A DNA stretch of 64,000 bases from contig CM120641.1 in the NCBI GenBank assembly GCA_051362555.1, positions 42,848,401 through 42,912,400 of the forward strand. Reading direction: 5' to 3'. Under the pieces are notes generated by a model. It searched no databases and was not told where the DNA came from. It was given only the letters and a program-made list of their open reading frames with translations. The position numbers and the translations under genes are program-made. This DNA is from Lingula anatina. Taxonomy: Eukaryota; Animalia; Brachiopoda. Position 1 is the stretch's first letter. Every line of letters starts with the position of its first letter. Below, piece by piece: positions 1-12,840 of this stretch.

Positions 1-53
1 CATTTCTGTGTGCAATATTATTCAGGTACTAATATATATACTTGCTTTTTCAG

Positions 54-3000
54 TCTTGCCTACACCGAAGACATCAACAGATGGTAAGTCAAATTAAGAG
101 AAAGTGAAAAAGATATTTTGAGTACTGTTAATATGTTTGGATATTTTAAATGAAAATTGTGTTAAATTATGCACTAAATTAATTTGCTGAAATTTTATGA
201 TATATGCTATTTCTGTTTAACAATTCTGCTGACTGAAAATATTTCTTAGGAATGAAAATGCTTTATGGGCTGATTTGCTTTCCCTGAAAAAAATTCCTTT
301 AAAATCTTCAGATATTTAAAAAAATTATTTCACAAAAAATTAAGCTTTTCAGAGAAAAGATTGCTCATTAATTATTATTATATTTTTTGTTGGGGGGGGG
401 GGGAGAGTTTGATGAAAAAATATTTTGGAGTCAAATAGATGGATAGAGTCAATTTGTGCATCTGTTCAGTTGAAAGACATGCCATAAATTTCTTGCTTTC
501 AAGCCACCTTTTTTCTAGGTCTTTTGATTGACTTCCGAGTTTTGCCAAATATATCACTAAGAGGTATGAACTTTAAATGAAGAAAGCTTTGGCATGGCAT
601 GTATTCCCAATGTGATATACAAGCAGAAGATGTATAAGAAGCCTGCATATCAGTTTACTGTAGACATTACACTGATTATATTATTATTTTGCATCTTGTT
701 ATAACAATATTTTATTATATTTATTTGTTAACGTATTATTTTTTCAGAAACATATATTTACCCCACTGACTTTGGTGCATAGCCTGATAATAACAGCATG
801 ACATATATGTTCATGTTTTAGTTGATACTGACATTTGTGCATGTAATTTGGAATATAAGGAAGTCCAATATCATTTTAAAAAAAGATTGAACAGGGTTGT
901 TTTTTTTCACATGTGATGTTTTTTTTTATTTGAATTTAGATGAACTGCTTCACCATAGCCCATAGTTGAAAGGTTATTGAAAAATGTCATTTGAGGCATT
1001 TCTTTTAAATGAAGTGATACAAACATGATTATTTTGAAAACCAGCTTCAGTGAAAAATATTTTCAAAAGGAAATTTGCTCTTGTAACTGCTGGTTCGCAA
1101 TATGTTATGGAACACGTTTAATGAACATTGAATTATCCATTCAGTACACAGGTACAGTGTAATGATATAACCCATGGTCATCGCTTCTGCCATCCTGTCT
1201 AAATCATTAATAAAATTGGGTCAATAAGTGATAATGACTGAGACCAAACAATACATATAGATATAGCAAAAGATTGTACATTGTTCTCTGTATTTAAGTA
1301 TTTTTGGACACAATGTGGTCCACAATGCTCATTACTCTGATAAGCACACTTAGGGACCATTCCCAATGAAACTACTGTTCTATGTTGATCAATCCAACAA
1401 CATGGACTCTCCCTGAATGCAGTCAGTTAAACAGATTAACACACTCCCTCTTGTTTCCAATGTACTTATGTAATCACCAGCTTTTCTGTATTCTACTCAG
1501 AGCCAAATGGAGCCATGTTTATCAGTAAATCTGACTGCATTCAGCGAGAGTCCCTGCAGAGAGATCGATTTATGTAGAAGGATAGTTTCATTGGGAATGA
1601 GCCTGGAATGTTTGGATATATACTTTCTTCTCTTTTTATTTCCCAAGGAAGACCTATTTCACTGGATTGAATTCACTTTTGATATATATATTTAAGTCAA
1701 GTAAATTTTATTTTTCATTGGTTTGATTTATGTGTAAACAACAAAACATTAGCTTCATCTACCTTTGACCCAGTTTTCTATAAAACCAACAAGAAGCAAA
1801 GAAAAACAATGATTAAACATTATAGTGTTCAAAAACTCTTGATCATAGCAGTGCCTTGACTCAGGCTAGCATATTTTAGGCCTTATAAATGGATTAGGTA
1901 TTTTTTAACTTGAGCCTCATGTTTGTGAGCACAAATGCCTAAATTTATGACTCCAACCCTGAAATAAGTACTGCAACGTAAAATTACCTGCCACGTTAAG
2001 CACACGAACGAAACGGGGTGCCTCGATATGAAACCAGCCAACTTTTGTGTTTTTAATCTCCAAATACTTAAAAAAATCAATAAAGCTAATAAATAGGCCG
2101 TCTATAAGAACTTATTATATCGTATCTTTTATATTAATTATTATCACATATCACAATAATAAACGAGTCGCCTTTTGATGTACGCCCGGCTATAGACTCT
2201 ATCAGGAAATATCCATTTTTTTGAGATTACAAATTGTATCGTATTGTTTGGTTCCATTGCCTCACTTTCAAAAATTAGAACAGGCGCTCCAAAATCGTAA
2301 GACGGAGTTAAAAATTTTATATTGGCCGAGTTCGCCCCCCGATAAGAATATCCTTACAGCATTATCTGCAATTAACCTTCCTACGATTTTTAATGTATTT
2401 TGCAGTATAAATTTCAATCTGCCCGATGAAGAATTTTATTAATCAAGAGTGGGGGAGGGGTGAAAATTCCCCATTGGGGCCACATATAACACTATAAATG
2501 CAATGGGAATCCCCTTAAATTGAAGGTAAAATAAATGTTATTCTAAGGAATTCCTACGGATTTACTTTTTACAACATAAAATCAATAGAACATTTCTAAC
2601 ATAAATTTTCAAAAAGACACCAGAGAGCAAATGAAATAAAATCAACCAGACGGTAAACCCCGGCAGGCTTTGTCAATTTCACCAACTTGTTCATTTCAAA
2701 CAACGCACTTTTCGCACATGCGCAGTTGTTTGAAGCCTGTGCTGCCACGTTACACAAACTGTTTATCCCTTTATCTACCCGTTCAGTACATTCCGTATGA
2801 GCCAGAAATGGTAAAAACACATTGCTTTTGAATAAAAAAAAAAACCATAAGGGGCCTATGTATACAGCAAGAGACATGAAGGGAAGCTCGCCAAATTGTT
2901 TGTGTAGTGAAATGCTAGGTTGTGGCAAGTAATTTTACGTTGGTATTGTTAATTCATGGCTGGGGTCATTGATTTGTACATTGGTGCTCCCAAAATCTAA

Positions 3001-5817
3001 CTCTTGTGTAAGAAAATATATATGAGGCCTGTATTTGATATACTGCAATGGCATTCTCAAAATTGCTTTCACTAAGTGAATAATAACTTAAAAATAGAAA
3101 ATTGTCTCTTGGATTTCCATAAGAGTTCAGCACCCCAAAACAGAAACTGAATGGTGATGTTAATGATAAGCAAGATGAAAGGGACCATTGAGTAGTTTTT
3201 CTGTCAATAGTAACATGAATAACTTCCAGTTTCTGTGGCAAGTGTAATGTTTCACTTGACAAGCCATACATAGATGCCAATTCACCAGGTGCTACTGAGC
3301 ACATAAATATTACAAAATGCTGCTTTTCATATAAAGACCATACAGCTTTATTTATAAGTTAATGCCTCTGTATTTAGTTATCAATATCATCAATATATCC
3401 AGGTGTATCTACACAGGAATCGGTAACCAGTACCACCACCAATGTGACAACAGTCATAGTAGTGAAGACCACCCCTCCTGGTACTGTCCTTCATATTAAC
3501 ATAACTGATATATATATGTGTTGGTTGGCTTGAGCAGAGTGATACTTGCAGCTGTAGTGATGCTACTGGCACTGGATTTCAGATTCTGGTCTTAGGCTGA
3601 AACAGTGTGGCCAGTTTAATAAATATTGGGAAAAAGGGGGGCATTTTTTTTTTCTTTTTTAAATTTTTTTCTTTTTTTGATTAATTTTTTTATCCCATAA
3701 CTATTTCAGCCAAACAGAAAACACTGCTTTTAGCCAATGTGTGGACTCTTTGCTAATTTGGTATTGTATTTACTACTTTTTTTTTTCTTTGGTTTTGGTG
3801 TTTTAAGGAGTCATAGAAGCCAGTCTAACTTCACTGAGCTATGTGCCATCCAGGACTGATACATTGGAATACACAACCAGCTGGCAGACTGATTCCTCCA
3901 CACACTGTGAAACCACACCATGCTTAAACACAGCATATACACATACAGAAACTGCCACACTGGTGGTGACACCTAGTGGAACTGACCCACATGTTTCCTT
4001 TATAACGGAAGAAACAACTGTTGCTGTACAAAGTAGCAGTGAAATGCTTGGTGAATATATATATATATATGATATATTTAGCCTAATGTTGTCTGCTGTG
4101 CAGTAGAACTTATCCCTGTTTGCTTTGAGTGATTAAAAATGGTTAAACCAAAGTGGCCTGCAGTTAACATACTCTTATCAAGTAATAAAGTGAAGCTCTA
4201 GGTCAGTTTTTCCTATGGCTAATGCAATTCTGATTCATAAAGCAAATTTGTTCCTACCAGAATTTCGGGAAAATAGAACAGAACATTATGTGAAATTGAA
4301 CCCATATTCATTAAAAGCATCTAACTTTGGCATATTGATGGTATTCCCTTTATAATATTATGTAATTTTATATAGCATAATATTAATTGCAGTGCCACTT
4401 ATGCACACCATAATTTTACCTCTAGCTTTGTCTCTAATCACATGCAATTGGATAAAAAAGTTCTGCACTCTATTTCCATGACAAGGCAAGTGATTGATGT
4501 GTATACCAGAACACACACACTGGTTTGATTTAAGTGAAAATCCATGCACTATGTGCTACATGCCAGGTTTATGGCTCTGACAGCCAATACCAGAGCCTTT
4601 CTTATTTGATCTGGTGTTGAGACAGTAACAGTAATTTTGGCAGACATTACCATATTGAAATGGGTTTTTGAATTAGTCTTAAAAGAGTTCATTGCACCTG
4701 AATTAAGTAGTGATATTTTTGATAGACTTTCATGTTCACCTTACTTGATGAAGTCTTGATTATCACTTAATTACAGGGTTATTCTGATATGGTTTCACAA
4801 AATGCTTTCACACATCCTTGTCTTGCCTTAATATTGAAAACTGCATTTGCTCAGTTTCAATTTAAGTTCAGCTAAGGCTACCAAACTCATGCAGTCACCT
4901 CTGTTTTTTCAGTCAAAACTAAGCAATCTAAGCCCAAAAGAAAAAGCAACTACAATTTGATCTTTGTTTTAACATAAAAACAACAAGATATAGGGTCTTC
5001 TGATTCTTTCAAATGCAACCAATGCCATGAGTTTTAGCTATAAACAATTTTAACTGAAGATTTTTTTTGTGTGTGAAATGGTATCCCTGGGCTACGAGCC
5101 AAATTGTTGGTCTATAAAGGTAGTTGCTTTTATTTATCTGGTTTCCTATTATGGACAGACACATACTCCTTCATGATTCACAGAAATGAATCACAACAAT
5201 ACAATATGGCCCTAGTTTGAAAAAAAAAGCTTGACAGATTTATTATTCTTGGACTTATGACATTTTTGTGAATATTTCATTTTTCACAAATTGGCATTTT
5301 CCAGGTATGACTTTGAATTGTCATGGATCTGAATTTCATTCTAAATGTTTACAGTAACATTAGTTCAAAGATAGAAATATGTTCAAACATAAGTTCAAAG
5401 ATAAAAATAAGTTGTTTTTGTTATGAAGCATTCAATTATGTTACATAAGAATTGAAAAAAACATTTTTTTTTTTGCTCTTTCATCATTAAAATTTTTGTT
5501 TTAAACTGTTACTGCAGCTATCAGTTTTGACAGCAATGTGTCTGTCCATTTTACAGCTTTGCTGACTTGTTAGAAATGTGGTTGCCATTGCATCACAAAG
5601 CAGTTCATACATTGAGCTGCTGTCTCAGATCTCTAGGGACCATCAGCTCAGTTACTGTCTAACAAATATTGCTGTCACTTTTTGAGATCAGTAACTCAGC
5701 CCATATCTTACAGTGCCTCAAATATTTTGAAATCAGTAGCTCAGCTCTGAGACTTATGAAGGCCTGTAACCTGTTTCTGGCTTAGACCTATAAGACCCAT
5801 AGCCAGCAGTTCCAAAA

Positions 5818-5849
<32 letters not shown>

Positions 5850-8800
5850 CTGATAAAATGGACCTTTTACCAAGAAACCTTCATGTACTAGTACCTAGGT
5901 AAAATTTTACCTGGCAGAAAGGGGGTACCGCATGGCTACAGGCCTGCCTATTGGGATCTGTAGCTCAACAAATAATTTACAGAGTGTCTTAGACCATCAA
6001 ACTTCAACCTCAAGAAGTCAGTAGCTCAACACTTACATGTAGGTGACAATGTGGCTTAGGCTTCTTGAGCTTTGTAGTTAAGACTAAAGCTGACAGGGAA
6101 ACTCTGAAGTCAAGATATCTGCATATTAGCTGACACTGTGCACTAAAAAACATCTAATCATTACTGGCAGTGAGTGGATCTGCCTTGTGAGTGCTGTAAC
6201 AACACAGGTCTCTGTATCTATGAAATCTTCTGGTATTTTTTCCTAGGCATTGCAAAATTAGTGCTATTTGTGTGTTACTTATTTCTTGTACTATCTTGTC
6301 ACTGTAAGAGCGCATTCTCAACGAATTAAGCCAGGCTTTACAAAGCCGGTGACCTAAAAATGGCGGACGTACATGAAAGAAAAACCGCCTAATCTTTTAA
6401 TAGTCTCTCCGCCTCCCCACACGTCGTCCCTGCGGGGTACAGTAATTAAATCTCGGCTCCGTTCACCATGCGGAATGCGGAAGCTACCTGAGAAATATTA
6501 AGTGCGCATGCTCATCAGTTAAACTCGTGGTGAAGAAAGCATGGCGGCTGAAGGCGATCGAAGGAAAAAAGCTCTTCTGTTCTATTATCTTTGAAAACAG
6601 AGACGAAAAAGGAATAATTTGGCCCGTAGAGCAGCAATGAATCGACTATCTACGGAGATAATATCACCAGAGATATTCACGGAAATATTAATGTTCGGAG
6701 CCGAGATTTAATTACTGTACCCCGCAGGGACGACGTGTGGGGAGGCGTGTGAGAGGCGGAGAGACTATTAAAAGATTAGGCGGTATTTCTTTCATGTACG
6801 TCCGCCATTTTTAGGTCACCGGCTTTGTAAAGCCTGGCTTAATTCGTTGAGAATGCGCTCTAAGTCTTTTACCTACATTTGCAATTCATATGAAAACAAC
6901 AGATAATTTTATATGGTACAGTCAGCAGTTGGACACAGACCAATATGCAGAAATTAAACGAAGGCATAAAAATTACATAATACCCCATGCTATTATAATA
7001 TGATACCTATGAGATTGCATTCGTCTTCATGCTTTAAAGTTTTGAATTCAATTGTGCTAGCTCATAGTGCTACAAGAATCTAATATAGATTTATCAGTGC
7101 TTTAGACAAGTGTGTTGCTTAAGCCTTCTATCATCCCAATAAAATTTTGCAATTGTGGCTGCAGCTAATATCGAACGTAGACAGTCAGATGCTGACTTAG
7201 TACAAAATGGTGGACTGGCTGGTGTGTAATGGACCGATGGTGTTACATGACTCTGTGTGCTGCAATCCTGAGACAGCGCTTCCACTTTAAAATGTGTTTC
7301 TGATTTAATTAAATAAGCATTTCATTTTCAATCCCTCCCTCACTTGATTATCTTTCTATGGGCAGGCTGTATTGGGGAATGTCTTTCTATTTATAATCTT
7401 TGTATTTATTCTTTTTGAATGGTGTGACTGAATTGTGTTTATTTACTTTTAATTTGATAAGTATGGTGTATAATTGTATTTAGTTTCTTATTTTGTGTAG
7501 TTGCAATATCAATACATATAGATAAATTCACTGTTGGTTTTGGTAAGAAAATACCGTTTTCATTTCTAACAGTCAGCTTAAATATGTGTTCTCACTTTTA
7601 TGGCATTTCACTACATGATTGTGCTTTTTTTTTTTAACTAAAAACTGTGTTAGAATTTAGAAGCATTATCCTGGCGAAGTTTCTTGCTAGTCAAAAAGAA
7701 AAATTTGGAAATGTTGAACTTAGCCATATAACCAATGTTAAGTGTGTTTGCTGTGTAAGCATACTAACAAATACATGATTATGCCACATGCAGAGCTATA
7801 TAGATTACTATCAATAACATTTTTGTTTAAAAACGTGTTGTATAAGGGATTGATTGCTACTGGTTGATATTTGATTCTTTTGTTATGAAAATTCTCATCT
7901 TCAGAGTAATAATAAATAATACATAATAAGTTTATGTCAGTGAGGAAGATACAACAGATTGTTATCTATAATTGATTATGGCATCGGTTTTTCAATATTT
8001 CCTGAAACTATGCCATGCAGTAATTCTGTATATATTACATTTTATATTTCCTTCAGGAAATGGGCCTAATTCCTGGTTGCTTGGAGTGGTATTTGGCTGT
8101 ATTGGGCTATGTTGTCTGGTTGCCATCATAGTTGTCATATATTTCAAGAAGAAGGGAAAAAAACTGTAAGACTTTAACTAATTTACCCTCTGATAGTGCA
8201 GTTTTATAAATTTGTTATTTAAGAGTCCTTTATAATAACAAAACAAATGTCAGTCAAAAAGAACTTAAACACCATTGCAGAAATAGTAATTTTTATGTTT
8301 TTTTTTAATAAGTAGGTTTCGTGTAGGGCCAGGATGCCATGACAACAACAATTTTTTGCACAATTTCCAAATCAGAGGTCATAAGTACATTCAGAAGAAA
8401 TCCAAACATGGGAATGACTATGCTATGACAACCGATTTGTCCGGCTCACAGGCGCTAACACCTGTAGAGGGGAGAGAGAATTTTTATGAAAATGCTAATG
8501 TTATTGATGAAAAGAATGTCCCTAATGGGAAGACTCCCCCTTCATCTCCTAAAGGAAGAAAGAGTACATCTAGGCCTTTGAAAACTGCTGTGCCGAAAAC
8601 TGCTCTGCCAAGTGTTTCTGCTGGTGTAGAGAAAACCGCGCCAGCTGACCTTTCCGGCTCACAGGCACCAACACACGAAGAGGGGAGACAGAATATTTAT
8701 GAAAATGCTAATGATATTGATGAAAAGAATGTCCCAAATGGGAAAACTCCCCCTCAATCTCCTAAAGGAAGAAACATTACATCTAGGCCATTGAAAACTG

Positions 8801-9063
8801 TTGTGCCGAGTGTTTCTGCAAGTGTGGAAGAAACCCCGAACCAAAACACATTCTCCTCTGCGGATGCGCACCCAGCGGAACATCAACCACAATCAGTACC
8901 TCCACTATCCCATCAGTGGAACAAAAATAACAATGGTCTTGATGTTTATAATAACCATCAAGACAGTTCTGCAGGACCTAAGAAAAAAGAAAAGAAGAAA
9001 AAGAAAAGTGTCAAAGCAGTGCAAAAATCACGACCACTTCCACCAGCTCCTCATATCCCTTGA
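54..9063 (+). CDS. Type I single-pass membrane protein, 5'-incomplete. Thr/Ser-rich stalk, TM helix and cytoplasmic tail with tyrosine and SH3-ligand motifs. Exons 54-83, probably 748-774, 3808-4050, 8057-8165, 8376-9063
   Basis: AG/GT-flanked exons join in frame (phase 1-1 stalk exons, TM exon ends in phase 2). TM: WLLGVVFGCIGLCCLVAIIVVIYF followed by KKKGKK. Tail has NDYAM, FYENA, IYENA, DVYNN and terminal RPLPPAP; stop TGA 9061-9063. Further stalk exons may have been missed. Confidence 0.75.
5789..5946. mobile_element. Degenerate G-rich MITE-like insertion containing a ~30-nt poly-G run
   Basis: Imperfect inverted ends (aagacccatagcc ... ggctacaggcctg). Internal motif taaaattttacctggcagaaagggg recurs next to another poly-G run near 36040-36100. 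No clean TSD. Confidence 0.35.
6308..6860. mobile_element. PIF/Harbinger non-autonomous element (MITE), 553 bp, with ~155-bp terminal inverted repeats
   Basis: Starts GAGCGCATTCTCAACGAATTAAGCCAGG and ends CCTGGCTTAATTCGTTGAGAATGCGCTC. TAA target-site duplication at 6305-6307 and 6861-6863. Confidence 0.9.
8431..8838 (+). repeat. Coding tandem duplication, two units offset by 213 nt, in the cytoplasmic tail
   Basis: DLSGSQA..YENAN.IDEKNVPNGKTPP.SPKGR..TSRPLKT.VP appears twice; the D codons are at 8434 and 8647. Confidence 0.9.
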
Positions 9064-10479
9064 TATGAAATGGTGGCACTTTCTATGGCATAAAGTGAAA
9101 TTATTTTAATTGAACTATGCTGAATGATTTTAATACAGAACTCCTACAGACAAGAATTTTCATTAAAGAATGATAAGCTAGTGCGGATAATGTAGATGCT
9201 TGCTAGGTTACTGTGATCTAAAAGTGGGCTCTTTTTTGTTTGCAGCATTTTTCTTTCTTTTTGCATAATACAAGAAACGCATGCAAGGGAATTGGTGTCA
9301 TCCAGATATTTGTGAAGTGATGACTAAAAAAGCATAATTTGATTACAAATTAATGTGACACTGAGTACATTGTGGTTTTTTACAAGAAAAAAAATTAATG
9401 AGTACAGTGTGGGTTTTAAAGGAAAGCTGCCATTTTTTTCAATAATTCTGATTAAACATGTTTATTATGTATACAACTGATTTTAAAGTGACAATGTAAC
9501 CAGATAAAATGATTTTCTGCTTGTACTCATATGAGAGGTCTAATCATGCTTATACAATGTTCCCATTTTTATGTGCAAGTCCCGTTCCAGTTTGTATTGA
9601 CGTGAGGTAAATATTTGAAACATGAAGTAAATATTTCCCTGGTTCAAATGGTGCTTGCTTCTACATGTATGTGGTATTTTGATTGTATGTAGGGTTTGTA
9701 TGAGAACAAGCTGCTTCTGTTCCCACCTTTGTATTTTGTGACGTGTCATATAGCTGGTATATGGAGTAAATTACTCAACTTGCCTATGTAAGAAGACACG
9801 TGATATACAGCTGTTGCATTTTGACTGCAGTATTGAAAAAAATCTGCTGATATTTATGATGCACATCTGCTGAAATGAAGGTGTAACACTGTAATCAGAT
9901 TTAAGTATATTTGTCATTTAATATAGGGATTGTGTTGTTTATATATGAATCTGTTTTTCTGTTTATAAGACAGTTACTCGTCATTTAATGTCAGAACTAA
10001 TAATTATTTTAAGAAATAGAAAGATCAGTTGTATTGAAAAGCTGGTGCTTGTGTCAAATGTGATTGATGTGATTTGCCTTGCTTAAGAGGTGTCAAAAAT
10101 CTACTGCTGAGGTACTAATGTATGACTGTATATTTAGCTTATTATCTAACATTTCAAGAGATTTTGCTAATCTAAATGAAATTCGTAATCTGCAGATCCA
10201 GGCTTGAGCTAAAGGGGTGGGGGCCAAGGATAATATTTTTTTTACTGTGGCCACCAAAAGCAATTTTACTTAGATATGTATAGGGCAAGTAGCTGCGAAA
10301 ATTGCTTGGCTTTGTCTTGTTCCACACCTTATCCCTCCAGCTTCTCTTGGTAAGCAGGACTTCAGGGGTGTGGGGAGAGGCGTGGCACATGCTTGAGTCT
10401 GCCATTGGTTCAAAAGACGAATGGGCTGTTTTGTATTGTTCTTTGCAAGGATTATTTTCAAAATATATTGTCTCTCAGT

Positions 10480-10773
10480 TCTCTTGTTCCCAAGATTTAA
10501 CTTGTCCAAAATAAACAAGCCTGACTATGTGACCTTAATATGACCTTAAAGTGATAACTTACATATCTCCATGTCCCCTGTTCCCAAGATTTAACTTGTA
10601 ATAATTTATTAAACCTGGTGGCTACTTTTTATGACTTTTATTTGACCTTAAAGTGTCAACTAGCTTGTCTCCATATCCCCTGTTCCCAAGACTTGTCTGA
10701 ATTTGTTAAATCTGCTGGCTACTTTGTATGACCTTTATACGACCTTAAAGAGTCAACTAGCATGTCTCCATAT
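10480..10773. repeat. Three-copy tandem repeat, units ~94-102 bp
   Basis: tgttcccaag at 10485, 10579 and 10681, each followed by paired TGACCT-like motifs and accttaaag..aact..tctccat. Confidence 0.85.
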
Positions 10774-11639
10774 TGACAATCAGTGTTATAAATATTTGAT
10801 AATTGATTTTTGATATATTCTTTATGTATCATTGATATTGTTTAATTTACTTTTATTAACAAGCAATTTAATTGTCTGTATATTTCTGATCATTTAACCT
10901 TCCATACGGAATAACTTAAAGTTACCTTTTATATAATCATATTAATATGTGAAAAAAAAGCTTGACTGTTGCCTTAATTTTACATTTAAGTTTTCTTATA
11001 GTTCAGAAATAAAACTTTCGTGGGAAATGTTCCAAGTTAAGTAAGAAAACTGCCAATATTTTGAACAAGCACATCAAGCAATGTAAATCCTGTTAAAGCA
11101 AAATTAATTCAAAATATTTATTTAACATATACGCTATGTTCGTTGGCTTTGTAAAAGGTGCAAATTGTGTAAAGAATTATGAATAAATGCATATTGTTCT
11201 TTAACATTATAAATAATTTGTTGGATTTTATCACTGGATCTTAATACAATTACACTATTGGTACGGAGGACATAGGAACAGTATTATTGTTTTGTACATT
11301 AGAAGCATTCGATTCTTTACTGATGATAATTATGACGTAGATACTCCATCTTGAGAACAGCTTAGAAACACGATTTTAGTGAGTTTTGGTGGAAACCATT
11401 GAAACTAAAAATCTGAAAACCAGTTTTGAAACTTTCTATGAAAATGGATACTGAGAAGTTGATATAAAAGCATCAAAAGCGAGATTTAAATTTGTTTCGT
11501 AATTTTTGGTGAAAAATTTGCTCCTTTATCTTTGTAATATTTCTCATAACGATAAAAATCTCAGTTCATTTTTACGTACTGACTGCGCGTATTTATTTAT
11601 TCATTATACAGCAATTTGTGATTAGATATGCCCAGTTAA

Positions 11640-11900
11640 ATAAATGACGTCAATGTCACTTTCAAAATTTTTTTTTTGTCCAATCGTCGCTAGCTGCCCT
11701 CAGCCGCTAGAATAGGACTTCCATAACTTCGCTTTTATAATTTTAGAAAAGCGTGACAAAGAAAACTACGCAATTATATATTTAAAAAAAAACGTGCGAC
11801 ATCACTTAATCGCAAGTTATTATGATTGGCCAAAGCCTCCACCCAGACTTTTCCTTGCCCCGCTCTGTGAAAGAATCGTAGCCAACCAACTACGTATGCC
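11640..11900 (+). promoter_or_regulatory. Putative promoter region of the 12841 gene
   Basis: Locally CpG-rich; perfect CRE palindrome TGACGTCA at 11645-11652; CCAAT/ATTGG boxes near 11680 and 11826; lies upstream of a non-coding exon ending at a donor at 12602. Confidence 0.35.
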
Positions 11901-12840
11901 TTTATTTGGTCCATTTGCTTTTAATATTAATGGCCTGTTTGACAAAAGAACCCCTTAGTTTCCTACTGTGATCTGTGTGCTGTTAAAAGCACTATTAGTA
12001 GTAAAGCAAATAAACTGTATTTTGAGTGCAAGTAAACGAGGTGTAAGTCAACAAAAGGAAGGTATTTCGGGGTAAATATACGTAAATTGTGTATTCAAAT
12101 CATGGAGAGTAGTCGGGGAGGTGATTATGATACGTATGGTTGACAGTCTCTAGAATGGTCAGACTGATCTGTACGTGATCGTCTGATATTTTCCGATCCA
12201 CTGGAGCGCCAATAGCGTCTGTCTCGTGACGAAAAGAGTTGCAGTGACCGATGCTTTGATAAACCGTGGCCATTTTGGGAGTATCATCCAGGAAAGAAGT
12301 TTGATTAAGCATTGGGACACGGCCACGCCTACTCAGGTGTGTACCCAGACGCCATTCTTGCACAGCAAGAGGCAGTCTATCTTAGAACCCGTGTTCTCGA
12401 GTGCCCTGAATTCGACAGGTTTACAAAACACTCCAACAGACTGTCATTTCATTTCAATGGAGTGATGGAGGGAGACCATTGTATTCCATGGCTTTTAGTG
12501 ACTCATGACAAAGTCAAACAAGTTAGCATTCACTGAGCGAGGACATATATTGTAGAAGGAGGCAGACGGTATACAGAACGCTTCTAGATAGATCCGACCA
12601 GGTAATATTGACCCGTTCCTTTCTGGGCGCAAATCTTTGCGTGCATTTATTAAAGGATGCTAATTATTGGCATCTGTATATGTGTCATGTCGCTGATAAC
12701 AGATCTTCGTTAAAATATTTTGATTATAGCAATGATTTGACAGCAAGCAAATGAATTCATTTTGGTAAAAGTTTCATAATATAAATTGAAATGAGTATTT
12801 TATGCCTATGTTTGAAATAATTTTATACTTTTTATTTAGA

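Noticed and set aside
940-972. Possible additional microexon of the membrane-protein gene
   Set aside because: The phase-1 reading hits an in-frame TAG before the donor.
1960-2900. CpG-rich intronic stretch that looks like a transposon remnant or promoter
   Set aside because: No termini, TSD or coding motif could be identified; ORF 2596-2928 has no recognisable features.
10480-10773. CRISPR-like appearance of regularly spaced repeats, also at 20500-20650
   Set aside because: Eukaryotic context, the intervening sequences are homologous rather than unique spacers, and there are no cas genes.
12100-12536. Three overlapping short ORFs upstream of the 12841 gene
   Set aside because: Non-ATG starts, no motifs and no in-frame splice to the main ORF; better explained as 5' leader sequence.
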